From contig DAOKYU010000009.1 in NCBI GenBank assembly GCA_035325995.1, positions 21,286-85,285 of the forward strand: a stretch of 64,000 bases of DNA, read 5' to 3'. Position numbers and translations under genes: made by a program. Of the stretch, positions 1-8,166 are shown piece after piece. How positions within the stretch are numbered: the first letter of the stretch is position 1; every line of letters starts with the position of its first letter. The notes under the pieces were generated by a model, which was not told the origin of the DNA, ran no database searches, and worked only from the letters and a program-made list of their open reading frames with translations. The DNA is from Thermodesulfobacteriota bacterium (GTDB taxonomy: Bacteria > Desulfobacterota_D > UBA1144 > Nemesobacterales > UBA2774).

Positions 1-1209
1 TTCCTGCCAGACGCCGATCTCGAAGAGGCGGACCGGCTCCTGGTCGATCTGCTGGTGGGCAACATGACCTGTCCACAGGGGGATCGCTTTCTCATCCTTT
101 CCTGGCTCTCCTGTTTCCTGCTGATCGATTTTGCCGGGACGCGGCCCATGACCCGTTTCGAGGGTTCGGCCGGATCGGGCAAGACCACCGCCAGCAAGAT
201 CACGTCGACGCTTCTTTACGGCGAGCCCCAGCACAAGAAGGCCACCGATGCGGCGAACTACACCGACGGCTCGCAGAACCCGCTCATCGTCCTCGACAAC
301 ATCGAGGTCAAGCAGATGACCGAGGATCTGACCACCTTCATGCTGACCAGCATCACCGGCATCGCCAAGGAGAAACGCAAGAGCGGCACCGACAGCGAGA
401 CCATCACCGAGCGGACCAAATGCCTGCTGAACACCACCGGCATCGAGCCGCTGTGCGGGGAGCTTTCGGAGATCCTGTCGAGGTCCTTCGTCATCAACTT
501 CGACCTCGCCAACCAGGCAAGCGACTGCTTTCTGGAATCGGAGGTCATTTCCGCCATCCAGCAGAACCGGGACCTGATCATCTCGGCCATCATGAAGCGA
601 ACCAGTCATGTTCTGGCGATGATCCGGGACGGAGCCCAGAAGCAGGTCATGCGCCTGCTGCACCGAACCATGCCGACCCATGGCAAGCGCCGTTGCAACG
701 ATTATCTGAGCCTGATGTACCTGATGATGCTGGCCGGGTCCGAGGAACACGAGGTAACCACCGGACTCGAGGATCTGAGCCCGCTGTTCATCGAGCAGAT
801 CCATTCCATCAACGACACCAGTCAGGAGATGGCGCGGGAGTCGAACCCCATTGCCACGGCGCTGGCGTCGCTCTTCCATGCCTACCGGAATGCGGTGGAG
901 CTGGACGAGAAGGCCCGCTACGGCGAGGACGACCGGGCAAACCACGTCGTCGGGTTCATCGAACGCTACCAGGTGCGGTTCGAAAACGAGAACACCATGG
1001 AGCCGGTGTCGGCTGGACGGCTGCTCGCGGCGCTGCGCAGGGTTGGCCGGGAATTCAACCTCGAATTCGAATACAAAAAGCCCGCCCAGCTCGGTCGGCG
1101 CATCAGCAACGACCTGGACGTCATCCGGGACGCCGGGTTCGACATCGACCGGCAGCGCAACGCCCACACCAAAAACTTCGAGTACCGGATCGGTCGTAGA
1201 GGTGCTTAA
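1..1209 (+). CDS. C-terminal part of a P-loop NTPase of the phage/plasmid primase-helicase (SF3/VirE-like) type; the 5' end lies outside the window
   Basis: ORF open from window start. Walker A GSAGSGKTT, Walker-B-like LIVLDNIE. Location upstream of iteron array. Family assignment is inference. Confidence 0.4.
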   Translation, partial: FLPDADLEEADRLLVDLLVGNMTCPQGDRFLILSWLSCFLLIDFAGTRPMTRFEGSAGSGKTTASKITSTLLYGEPQHKKATDAANYTDGSQNPLIVLDNIEVKQMTEDLTTFMLTSITGIAKEKRKSGTDSETITERTKCLLNTTGIEPLCGELSEILSRSFVINFDLANQASDCFLESEVISAIQQNRDLIISAIMKRTSHVLAMIRDGAQKQVMRLLHRTMPTHGKRRCNDYLSLMYLMMLAGSEEHEVTTGLEDLSPLFIEQIHSINDTSQEMARESNPIATALASLFHAYRNAVELDEKARYGEDDRANHVVGFIERYQVRFENENTMEPVSAGRLLAALRRVGREFNLEFEYKKPAQLGRRISNDLDVIRDAGFDIDRQRNAHTKNFEYRIGRRGA

Positions 1210-1230
1210 CGAGAAATTTTCTCTTTTGGA

Positions 1231-1259
1231 TTGACTTTCGAGCCGCCTATGCCTATATT
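1231..1259 (+). promoter_or_regulatory. sigma70-like promoter (TTGACT-17 bp-TATATT) for the ATPase/RloB operon
   Basis: TTGACT at 1231-1236, TATATT at 1254-1259. AT-rich leader, AGGAGG RBS 8 nt before ATG 1303. Confidence 0.45.
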
Positions 1260-1302
1260 AAAGGCATGATAAAGCGAATATTTCACTTTAGGAGGCGGTA
1301 AG

Positions 1303-2649
1303 ATGATAGTCAGTTTCTCACTCGAAAACTGGATGTCCTTCCGCAACCAGGTCACATTTTCGATGGTCGCCAGCAGGGAGCGCCAGCATGGAGACAGGGT
1401 TCCCAAGCTCGGCAAGTACCAGACGAGAGTTCTTCCGGTTGCGGCAATTTATGGCGGCAACGCGTCGGGCAAGACCAATTTTTTCAAGGCCCTGAGTTTC
1501 GCCAAGGCGCTGGTCGTCAAGGGCACCCAGCCCGACAGCCTGATTCCTGTCGAGCCGTTCCGGCTGGACGCCAAGGTGGCTGATCAGCCGTCACGGTTTG
1601 GCTTCGAGCTGCTGATCGACGAGATCATTTACGAGTTCAGCTTCGCGGTGACCCGCAAGGCGGTTCTGGAAGAGAAGCTGGTGGCCATTACCAGCACCAG
1701 TGAAAAGGTGCTCTACCACCGTCGGGACGGAAAGCCCAACTTCGATGATTCCCTGGCCAAGGACCAGTTCCTCCAGTTCGCCTTCAAAGGGACCCGGGAC
1801 AACCAACTCTTTCTGACCAACTCGGTTTCCCAGAAGGTCGACAATTTCCGGCCGGTCTACGACTGGTTCAAGGACACGCTCGAGCTGGTCGCGCCCGATT
1901 CCCGCTTCGAACCTTTCGAGCAGTTCCTCGACGAGGGGCACCCGCTCTACTCGACCATGAACGAGATGCTGCCGCAGCTCGACACCGGCATCGCGCACCT
2001 GGGTGGTGAGGAGATCCCTTTCGAGAACATTCCGCTGCCCGAGCCACTGAAGACCAAGCTGCAGGAAGACGTCAAGGAAGGCATGACCGTTCGTCTGCTG
2101 ACCGAGCCGATCAACGAGCGATTTGTGGTGACCCGCAAAGGTGGTGAACTGATCGCCAAGAAGCTGGTGACCTATCATCCGAAGGCGGACGGCACGGAAG
2201 CCAAGTTCGAGATCCGCCAGGAGTCGGACGGCTCACAGCGGGTGATCGATCTGCTGCCCGCGTTTCTTGAGCTGTCGGCCCAGGTCTCGAAGAAGGTCTA
2301 CGTGATCGACGAGGTCGACCGCAGCCTGCACACGCTGCTGACACGCAGATTGCTCGAAGCGTACCTCGCCAATTGCTCCACGGAAACCAGAACGCAGTTA
2401 CTGTTGACCACCCATGACGTGCTGCTCATGGATCAGCAACTGCTGCGCCGTGACGAGATGTGGGTAGCCGAAAGAGACGCCACCGGAGCTTCGAACCTGC
2501 TCTCTTTCAGCGAGTACAAGGATGTCCGGTACGACAAGGACATTCGCAAGAGCTACCTGCAGGGACGACTGGGTGGAATTCCCCGGATTCTGTTGGGAGG
2601 CGCTTTGACCAATCCCTGCCTCACCGAAGAAAGTGAGGGGGATAACTGA
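1303..2649 (+). CDS. AAA/ABC-type ATPase (AAA_21-like), defense-associated partner of RloB
   Basis: Walker [10 protein letters not shown] near N-terminus. ABC-type signature/D-loop region [12 protein letters not shown] and H-loop LLTTHDV. 4-bp ATGA overlap with downstream RloB-like gene. Confidence 0.7.
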   Translation: MIVSFSLENWMSFRNQVTFSMVASRERQHGDRVPKLGKYQTRVLPVAAIYGGNASGKTNFFKALSFAKALVVKGTQPDSLIPVEPFRLDAKVADQPSRFGFELLIDEIIYEFSFAVTRKAVLEEKLVAITSTSEKVLYHRRDGKPNFDDSLAKDQFLQFAFKGTRDNQLFLTNSVSQKVDNFRPVYDWFKDTLELVAPDSRFEPFEQFLDEGHPLYSTMNEMLPQLDTGIAHLGGEEIPFENIPLPEPLKTKLQEDVKEGMTVRLLTEPINERFVVTRKGGELIAKKLVTYHPKADGTEAKFEIRQESDGSQRVIDLLPAFLELSAQVSKKVYVIDEVDRSLHTLLTRRLLEAYLANCSTETRTQLLLTTHDVLLMDQQLLRRDEMWVAERDATGASNLLSFSEYKDVRYDKDIRKSYLQGRLGGIPRILLGGALTNPCLTEESEGDN

Positions 2650-3245
2650 TGCCACCGAATAGACGCAGATTCCAGAGACCCCTTGGCGAGCGTCGCTACC
2701 GCAAACTGTTCGTGATCGCGGTGGAAGGCGTGAAGACCGAGCCGCAGTATTTCGCCATCTTCAATGACCAGCAATCGGTGATCCGGGTGAACTGCCTCAA
2801 AGGCAGCCACGATAGCTCCCCGCCGCAGGTACTGAAGCGGATGGAGGACCATCTCCGGCAGGAGGAGCTGAGATCCTCCGACGAAGCCTGGCTCGTGGTG
2901 GACAAGGATCAGTGGACCGACGAACAGTTGGACCAGCTTCATGCCTGGGCTCAGGCACGCGACAATTACGGCTTCGCCCTCAGCAACCCCAAGTTCGAAT
3001 ACTGGTTGCTGCTTCATTTCGAGGACGGCACCGGCATCGCATCGTCACGGGATTGCAGCGACCGGCTGAAGCGGCATCTTCCCGGTTACGACAAGGGGAT
3101 CGACGCACGCAAGATCACCCGCGACCGAATCGATGAAGCCATCCGCCGCGGCAGGCTGCGCGACAATCCTCCTTGTGCCGACTGGCCACGAGCCCTTGGC
3201 GGCACCACGGTTTACAAGCTGGTCGAAAACATTCTCCAGGTCTGA
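2649..3245 (+). CDS. RloB-like TOPRIM-domain protein (putative nuclease partner of the ATPase)
   Basis: VIAVEGVKTEPQYF (TOPRIM Glu), WLVVDKDQW (DxD), NPKFEYWLLLHFE motif typical of the RloB/OLD-TOPRIM family. Translationally coupled to upstream ATPase. Confidence 0.65.
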   Translation: MPPNRRRFQRPLGERRYRKLFVIAVEGVKTEPQYFAIFNDQQSVIRVNCLKGSHDSSPPQVLKRMEDHLRQEELRSSDEAWLVVDKDQWTDEQLDQLHAWAQARDNYGFALSNPKFEYWLLLHFEDGTGIASSRDCSDRLKRHLPGYDKGIDARKITRDRIDEAIRRGRLRDNPPCADWPRALGGTTVYKLVENILQV

Positions 3246-3273
3246 ACCTCAACCAATTCGATCCCCAATCATC

Positions 3274-3302
3274 CAGGACGCTCTCGGGCGTCCTTTTCTT
3301 TT
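3274..3302 (+). terminator. rho-independent terminator after the RloB gene
   Basis: AGGACGC-TCTCGG-GCGTCCT hairpin followed by TTTCTTTT. Confidence 0.5.
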
Positions 3303-3660
3303 GCGGTGGTGCGGTGATCACCGCTGTCCCTTGCGGTGGATGACCACCGCACGCCAAACCCTTGCCAGACAAGGCTTTCATGGCCTTTGCGGTGGTTGCG
3401 GTGGTAAATCCAGAGGTCTCACCCCCTATGGGCTGAAATATTTTTTCGACCCACCGATCCGGCATTCCTCGCCAGAGAAATTCCGGCCAAGCGTGAGAGA
3501 CATTCCCCAAATACCACCGCAACCACCGCACTCTCTCTTCTCTTTCTTCATAACTATCTAAAAACAAATAACAAACAAAGAACTACCCCCTGCGGTGGGA
3601 CAAGAAAATCTTCCACCGCACGACCACCGCAGCCACCGCAGATATCCACCGCAGCGGGTG
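3300..3660. repeat. Iteron-like array: at least 12 copies of octamer TGCGGTGG/CCACCGCA plus one TGCGGTGA variant, in both orientations, flanking a ~50-bp AT-rich block (3541-3590); includes 14-bp perfect palindrome GCGGTGATCACCGC (3311-3324)
   Basis: Forward copies at 3302, 3342, 3388, 3397, 3591, plus the variant at 3310. Reverse copies at 3354, 3515, 3524, 3613, 3624, 3634, 3648. Two more copies at 3814 and 3823 inside the next ORF. Region is essentially non-coding. Confidence 0.7.
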
Positions 3661-3735
3661 GTCACCGACGGTTTCAGGGCAGCTCCGGTAAGTAACGGGA
3701 AAAGCGATTAACCCGTATTTCTGGAGCGTGAAGCC

Positions 3736-4506
3736 ATGAGCCTTCTGAAAACCATGATCAAGCACACCGCCGGAGGGCAGGAAGCCTCGGCCGGATGTGA
3801 ACCCCCCTCATTACCACCGCAACCACCGCAACCCGCCATCTATGTCTCCACCGGGCTCGATATCCACGACATCAAGGACGCCCGCGATTGGCCTGAAGAC
3901 AGGGAGATCGACGGCACGCTGTGTCGCCGTCTGTCGCCTGAATACTTTGCCTGGCTACGTTCCCGCATGGTCACGGCCCAAGCCGCGCACAAGGCCGGAA
4001 AATTCCCCGACGATGCCTGGAACACGCTGCGGCAGCGATTCAACGCCCTGCAGGAGCTGGCCATCCGGGAGTTCGGCAAGGAACACCTCCAGGAGGTCCT
4101 GCAATCCTTTTCCCCGAAAAACTACCGGCCACCTGCGCTTCGTCCCGAGCCCCAGGAGAAACCCGTCGAAGTTCCCAGAAAGGACTGGATTTATCCCGGG
4201 AACCAAGCTTGGAAATGTAAGCAGCCGGTGACTTCCCAGGCTGTCGCCAAGGTCGACGCCATCCGTGAGGAGGCCATGGCCAAGGGCTGGTCCGAGGCAC
4301 GCCTCTATCAGAACCAGGGCCGGTTTCGGTTTCCCTGCGGCGAGGACTACGGCTTGGTCTGCTTCGTCGATGGCGATCAGGAGATTGGCGAGGTCACCGA
4401 ACGTTCTATCGAAATTATCCACGGGCCGAAGTCCGGGCGTCCCAGCACGCTGCGGTTCTACAACCCGGACGTGCCGCAGCCGTGGATGAAGAAATTGGAG
4501 GATTGA
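3736..4506 (+). CDS. hypothetical phage protein (N-terminal PPQPPQP tract is encoded by iteron copies)
   Basis: Long ORF downstream of the iteron region. No recognisable domain. Confidence 0.45.
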   Translation: MSLLKTMIKHTAGGQEASAGCEPPSLPPQPPQPAIYVSTGLDIHDIKDARDWPEDREIDGTLCRRLSPEYFAWLRSRMVTAQAAHKAGKFPDDAWNTLRQRFNALQELAIREFGKEHLQEVLQSFSPKNYRPPALRPEPQEKPVEVPRKDWIYPGNQAWKCKQPVTSQAVAKVDAIREEAMAKGWSEARLYQNQGRFRFPCGEDYGLVCFVDGDQEIGEVTERSIEIIHGPKSGRPSTLRFYNPDVPQPWMKKLED

Positions 4507-4509
4507 GCC

Positions 4510-4788
4510 GTGAAGAAAAAGAAACGCTACGCCAACGCCAAGGATGTCCTGCCCGAGGAACTGTTCGAGCAGATCCAGAAGCACTACACCGGGATTCTCT
4601 GGGTCCCGGCACCGAGCCGGTTTTACCAGGAGCGCCGCGATCTGGTGCTTGCCCTTCACCTGCAGGGGATCAGCAGCCAGGAGATCTCCAACCTCGCCGG
4701 AGTGACCACCCGCCGGGTCAATCAGATCATCGCCGCCGAACGAAAACAGGATCGGGACCGACAGTTGGCCATCGCTTCCGGTAAGTAA
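4510..4788 (+). CDS. small HTH DNA-binding protein, Mor/C-like (sigma70 region-4-like) candidate late-gene activator
   Basis: 92 aa, Lys-rich N-terminus, C-terminal HTH ISSQEISNLAGVTTRRVNQII. Its 3' end carries the first copy of the conserved late motif. Confidence 0.5.
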   Translation: MKKKKRYANAKDVLPEELFEQIQKHYTGILWVPAPSRFYQERRDLVLALHLQGISSQEISNLAGVTTRRVNQIIAAERKQDRDRQLAIASGK

Positions 4789-4792
4789 CCCC
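4756..4792 (+). promoter_or_regulatory. copy 1 of conserved late-module motif (..CCGACAGTTGGCCATCGCTTCCGGTAAGTAACC), overlapping the stop of the HTH gene
   Basis: Shares CCGACA..GCC..CGCTTCCGGTAAGTAACC with five intergenic copies downstream. Confidence 0.45.
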
Positions 4793-4879
4793 TGAACCGG
4801 CGGGAGCGCGTTTGGAGGCTAAATCGGCCTCCCGCCCCGCATCCCGGCTTGGGAAAACAATATTCGGCAGGATTTCCAC

Positions 4880-5380
4880 GTGGCACTGAACAAACCGGAC
4901 AAAGAAACGCTGGACCGCTGGCACCGCAACGAGGGCAAGACCGAACCGCCCCGGCGCGGGCCTGGTGCGCCCGAGGGCAACCAGAACCGGCTGCGCCACG
5001 GCATCTTTGCCGACCGCTGTCTGACGCCGGAAGAGAAGGTCATGTTCGACGCGATCATTGACCGCCTCAACCAGGACTTCGAGTTCAACAAGTCCAGCGA
5101 CTTCCTGCAGGTGGAGCTGGTCGGCGTCTACTCGGTGAAGCTGGTCCGCGCCCAGATCGAAGGGAACACCGACGCCGCCGAAAAGCTCGACCGGATGATC
5201 CGCTGCCACATGAAGGATCTCAAGACCACCAAGATCGCCCGCGAGGGTGAGGAGCCGAAAGGACTGCAGACCTCTCCGGCGGAATGGGCGGCGGCGCTGC
5301 TTGAGAAGGTGGCCGAGGCCACCAACGCCCCGGGCGCGAAACCCTCCGGCCGCAAGAAACGCGGAAAGAATTGCGGATAA
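4880..5380 (+). CDS. putative terminase small subunit-like protein
   Basis: GNQNRLRHGIF motif resembling the GNxNAxKHG motif of some TerS families; basic C-terminus. Position in the genome is atypical, so this is a weak call. Confidence 0.3.
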   Translation: MALNKPDKETLDRWHRNEGKTEPPRRGPGAPEGNQNRLRHGIFADRCLTPEEKVMFDAIIDRLNQDFEFNKSSDFLQVELVGVYSVKLVRAQIEGNTDAAEKLDRMIRCHMKDLKTTKIAREGEEPKGLQTSPAEWAAALLEKVAEATNAPGAKPSGRKKRGKNCG

Positions 5381-5576
5381 CACCATGGAGGGCTTTTCCG
5401 ATGACCCCGGCACACGGCGACTTGCGGCAGACTGCTTCACCAGGAATTGCGGATAAGACGTGTTCCTTGCACTTTCGGAATCGGCATTCTCCGGCTGCCG
5501 ATCATCATTTCCACTCCTCGATTTCTTCCTGCAGCTCTCGATATCCGCTTGGCATGTGTGCGCATAAGCCGAGCCG

Positions 5577-5779
5577 CATAACCCAAGTAGATATTGGCAT
5601 GTTCGCGCCGGAGCTCTCTCACACAACCCAAGTAAATATTGGCATGTCGAGCCCCAGGCAGAACCGGCCAAGCCCCGCAAACAGCCATTCCTTCGGCAGC
5701 GGCCCTCACATAAGCCAAGCAGATATTGCCATGTGTGTTCCGCGCCTGGAGCGCACAAGCCAAGCAGTTATAGCCATGT
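5577..5779. repeat. Four 26-bp direct repeats in two pairs, each pair 45 bp apart; candidate recombinase binding sites
   Basis: Repeat consensus CA(T/C)AA(C/G)CCAAG(T/C)A(G/A)(A/T)TAT(T/A)G(G/C)CATGT, copies at 5577-5602, 5622-5647, 5709-5734 and 5754-5779. Nearby at 5555-5568 is a GTGCGCATAAGCC dif-like XerC-arm. The array lies immediately 3' of the Xer-like recombinase gene. Confidence 0.65.
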
Positions 5780-5980
5780 GCGGCCGACAGACAGCGAAGG
5801 AGAAATTACGGTCAATCGATATTTCCCGCTCCGCCCGGGAGGAAGAGACCCTCCGTCATGATCATTCATCATCGGCGGATGTGTTCTTCTGCGGGCACTG
5901 TCATTCACTGTCTTCGACACTGTCTCGGCCAACGAAAACAGGAGCAGCCGAGGCCGCTCCCATCGTCGGGTCCGGAAGGA

Positions 5981-6895
5981 TCAGAGGCGTTCGAGGGCTT
6001 CCTCGAGCTGACCGTCCACGAGGTGGGTATAGATCTGGGTGGTGGACACGTCGCGATGTCCCAAGGCCCGCTGCACCACGAGCAGGTCATTGGTCGCGCC
6101 GTAGAGGTGGGTGGCGAAGGTGTGACGCAGCCCGTGCGGCGTCAGTTCCTTTTCGATCCCGGCTTTCCGCAGCCAGTGGGCGAGCCGGTTTGCAATCTGC
6201 CGCTGGCAGAGTCTGCCGTCCCGGTTCGACAGGAACAGGGCTTCCATTTCCGGGCGGCCGTGTCGACGACGCTCGGCCAGGTAACGGCGCAGCAATGTGC
6301 GGAGGTCGGTCTTGATGAACTTGACCTGCGGCACATTCCCCTTGGCCCGCACCCGCAGATGCTTGGCGTCGAGGTCGATGTCATCCATGTCGAGCGCGGC
6401 CAGCTCGCCAAGCCTGATCCCGGTGCCCAGCAGCACCTCGATCATGGCGCGGTCGCGCAGCGCGGAGAAGTCGGTCCGTCCCTTGAGTTCCTTGAGGAGC
6501 CGTTTCTTTTCGGCGGCGGTCAGGAACACCGGCAGTTTTCTCGGCAGCCGATGCATGCGGATGGACCGGGCCGGATTGTCATCGACCACGCCCGCCTCGA
6601 CAGCCCAGGCGAAAAAGGCTCGTACCGCAGCCTTCATCCGATGGAGCGAAGCCGCCGAGCGAGGGCCGCGCTCACTCTCGATAACCACCTCGGCGGAGAA
6701 CACCTGGTCGAGGAGCCCGGCCGTGACCGCCCGGCAGACGATGCCCGGGGTCAGCTTCCCGGCCACGCGGGCCACCAGGGCGAGGTCCCGGCGGTATGCG
6801 GCTATGGTCGCAGGGGAGCGTCCTTCGGCCGACAGGCGGGCACAGAACGCCTCCGTCGCGCCCGTCAGGTCGAGGTCAGCCGTTCGGTTGCTCAT
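5981..6895 (-). CDS. tyrosine site-specific recombinase, XerC/XerD-like
   Basis: N-terminal SAM-like core-binding domain, and C-terminal catalytic motifs HGLRHTFATHL, LGHRDVSTTQIYTHL (R..HxxR..Y). Confidence 0.8.
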   Translation of the reverse strand: MSNRTADLDLTGATEAFCARLSAEGRSPATIAAYRRDLALVARVAGKLTPGIVCRAVTAGLLDQVFSAEVVIESERGPRSAASLHRMKAAVRAFFAWAVEAGVVDDNPARSIRMHRLPRKLPVFLTAAEKKRLLKELKGRTDFSALRDRAMIEVLLGTGIRLGELAALDMDDIDLDAKHLRVRAKGNVPQVKFIKTDLRTLLRRYLAERRRHGRPEMEALFLSNRDGRLCQRQIANRLAHWLRKAGIEKELTPHGLRHTFATHLYGATNDLLVVQRALGHRDVSTTQIYTHLVDGQLEEALERL

Positions 6896-7250
6896 CGCTG
6901 GACTCCTTCACCCGGCTGTGGCCCATGGGTGTGCTCTTGGGCAGAGGCAGCTCCGCGATGCGCCCCGATTCCCTGGCCCAGACCATCATCATGCGGAACA
7001 CCCGGACGGTCTTGGCGACGGTGCGCTCGGCCCGCTCCTTGCCGTCGGGGAGTTTGAGCAGCAGGTCGGACTTGTAGAACTTGCCGACCTGGGGGAGCCG
7101 GATCTCGGCGAGCTGGCGATCCGCGCCGAAGAAGGCCTCGACCACGTCGAGGTCCTTCCTGTAGGTGTAAAGGGTCCGCTCTTTCTTTCCGGATTCCCGC
7201 AGGTGGCCGATGAAAGCCTCGGCGGCTTGATGCACGGTGCATTCGGTCAT
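6876..7250 (-). CDS. stand-alone integrase N-terminal SAM-like (core-binding) domain protein
   Basis: 124 aa, different frame from the recombinase, resembles only the N-terminal domain (TLYTYRKDLDVVEAFF). Possible remnant or accessory. Confidence 0.4.
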   Translation of the reverse strand: MTECTVHQAAEAFIGHLRESGKKERTLYTYRKDLDVVEAFFGADRQLAEIRLPQVGKFYKSDLLLKLPDGKERAERTVAKTVRVFRMMMVWARESGRIAELPLPKSTPMGHSRVKESSDEQPNG

Positions 7251-7283
7251 GTCGATGTCTCCTTTGTCGGTGGCCCGGTGTGT

Positions 7284-7478
7284 TCAGGACAGGAACTCGT
7301 CCAGCTCCCGCAGCAGTTCCTCGACGTGGCCGAGGGAGCCGACGCTCGCCCAGGTGATGTCCGTCTGCTTCGCGTCCGCTTCGAGCTTGCCGCGAATGCC
7401 CTCGATCAGCCGGGTGATGTTTTCCTGCTTTTCTCGGTACGCCTTGAGTGCCTGCTGGCGGTTTCTGTCGTAGGTCAT
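7284..7478 (-). CDS. small hypothetical protein
   Basis: 64-aa ORF from internal Met upstream of the recombinase genes. Weak call. Confidence 0.2.
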   Translation of the reverse strand: MTYDRNRQQALKAYREKQENITRLIEGIRGKLEADAKQTDITWASVGSLGHVEELLRELDEFLS

Positions 7479-7618
7479 GGCCTGCCTCCGGTTCCGGTTT
7501 TCTTGGATGCGGGACCATCCCGCGTCACATCCAATGACGCTTCTATTTCGTTGGAAATCAAGTGCTTGCAGAGATCTTTCTGCATGTGCCCCAAACCCAT
7601 AAACCAAAGGAGATCAAC

Positions 7619-7891
7619 ATGTTGAAGAAGACCCTCGAATGGACCATCCCGCTGGTCCTGGCCGGGATCATGACCGGCTGCGCCACCTACCGGCCTCCGG
7701 CCCAGATCCAGTCGGCGGTGGCCACCGTCAACCGCCACACGCCCGAGTATGTGACCGAGGCCAACAAGGCGCTGCGCGAGGTCGGCCACCCGGACGCCGA
7801 GCGCCTGACCGGTGTCGGCCTGCGCCTGCAGACCGCCGTGGACGCCCTTGACCAATGGGCCAACGGCTCGAACCAGGAGGCAGGCCAATGA
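7619..7891 (+). CDS. small lipoprotein (signal peptide + lipobox)
   Basis: AAAGGAG RBS. N-terminus MLKKTLEWTIPLVLAGIMTGC matches signal peptide followed by lipobox Cys. Confidence 0.5.
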   Translation: MLKKTLEWTIPLVLAGIMTGCATYRPPAQIQSAVATVNRHTPEYVTEANKALREVGHPDAERLTGVGLRLQTAVDALDQWANGSNQEAGQ

Positions 7892-8166
7892 AAGAGATCC
7901 TTCAGGAAAACAGCGATGCCGTCCGCCAGGCCGGTGAGGCCCTGGTCGAAATCGGCACCGAGCTGGCGGCGGGACGGATCGAGAACGCCCTCGGCCGTCT
8001 GGAAGCGGCCCAGCAGCAGTACCTGGCCTGGGCGGAGTTGGACCAGGCCATCATCGACATTCAGGAAGCTGTCCACGACCGGAAGAACACCCTGGCCGTG
8101 CAGCAGATCCTGACGGAACTGGTGGGCACCATCCTCGGAAACGCCTTGAGGACAGGAATGCATTGA
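7888..8166 (+). CDS. small hypothetical phage protein
   Basis: GGAGG RBS. ATGA-coupled to lipoprotein gene and stop overlaps TerL start. Confidence 0.4.
   Translation: MKEILQENSDAVRQAGEALVEIGTELAAGRIENALGRLEAAQQQYLAWAELDQAIIDIQEAVHDRKNTLAVQQILTELVGTILGNALRTGMH

Noticed and set aside
3115-3567. ORFs 3133-3561 (+) and 3115-3567 (-) spanning the iteron region
   Set aside because: They are filled by octamer repeats and an AT-rich block and lack RBS or domains. The region is better explained as a non-coding origin.
3300-3660. Possible CRISPR array
   Set aside because: The repeats are 8-mers in both orientations with irregular spacing, with no 25-40-bp repeat-spacer periodicity and no cas genes.
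7500-7530. Imperfect inverted repeat GGATGCGGGACCATCCCGCGTCACATCC
   Set aside because: It could be a terminator or operator for the minus-strand recombinase unit. It is a single weak element that I cannot distinguish from chance.
7619-8166. Lipoprotein plus downstream small protein as Rz1/Rz spanin pair
   Set aside because: The lipoprotein fits an o-spanin size, but the partner lacks an N-terminal TM helix and no holin or endolysin is adjacent. Kept as lipoprotein only.
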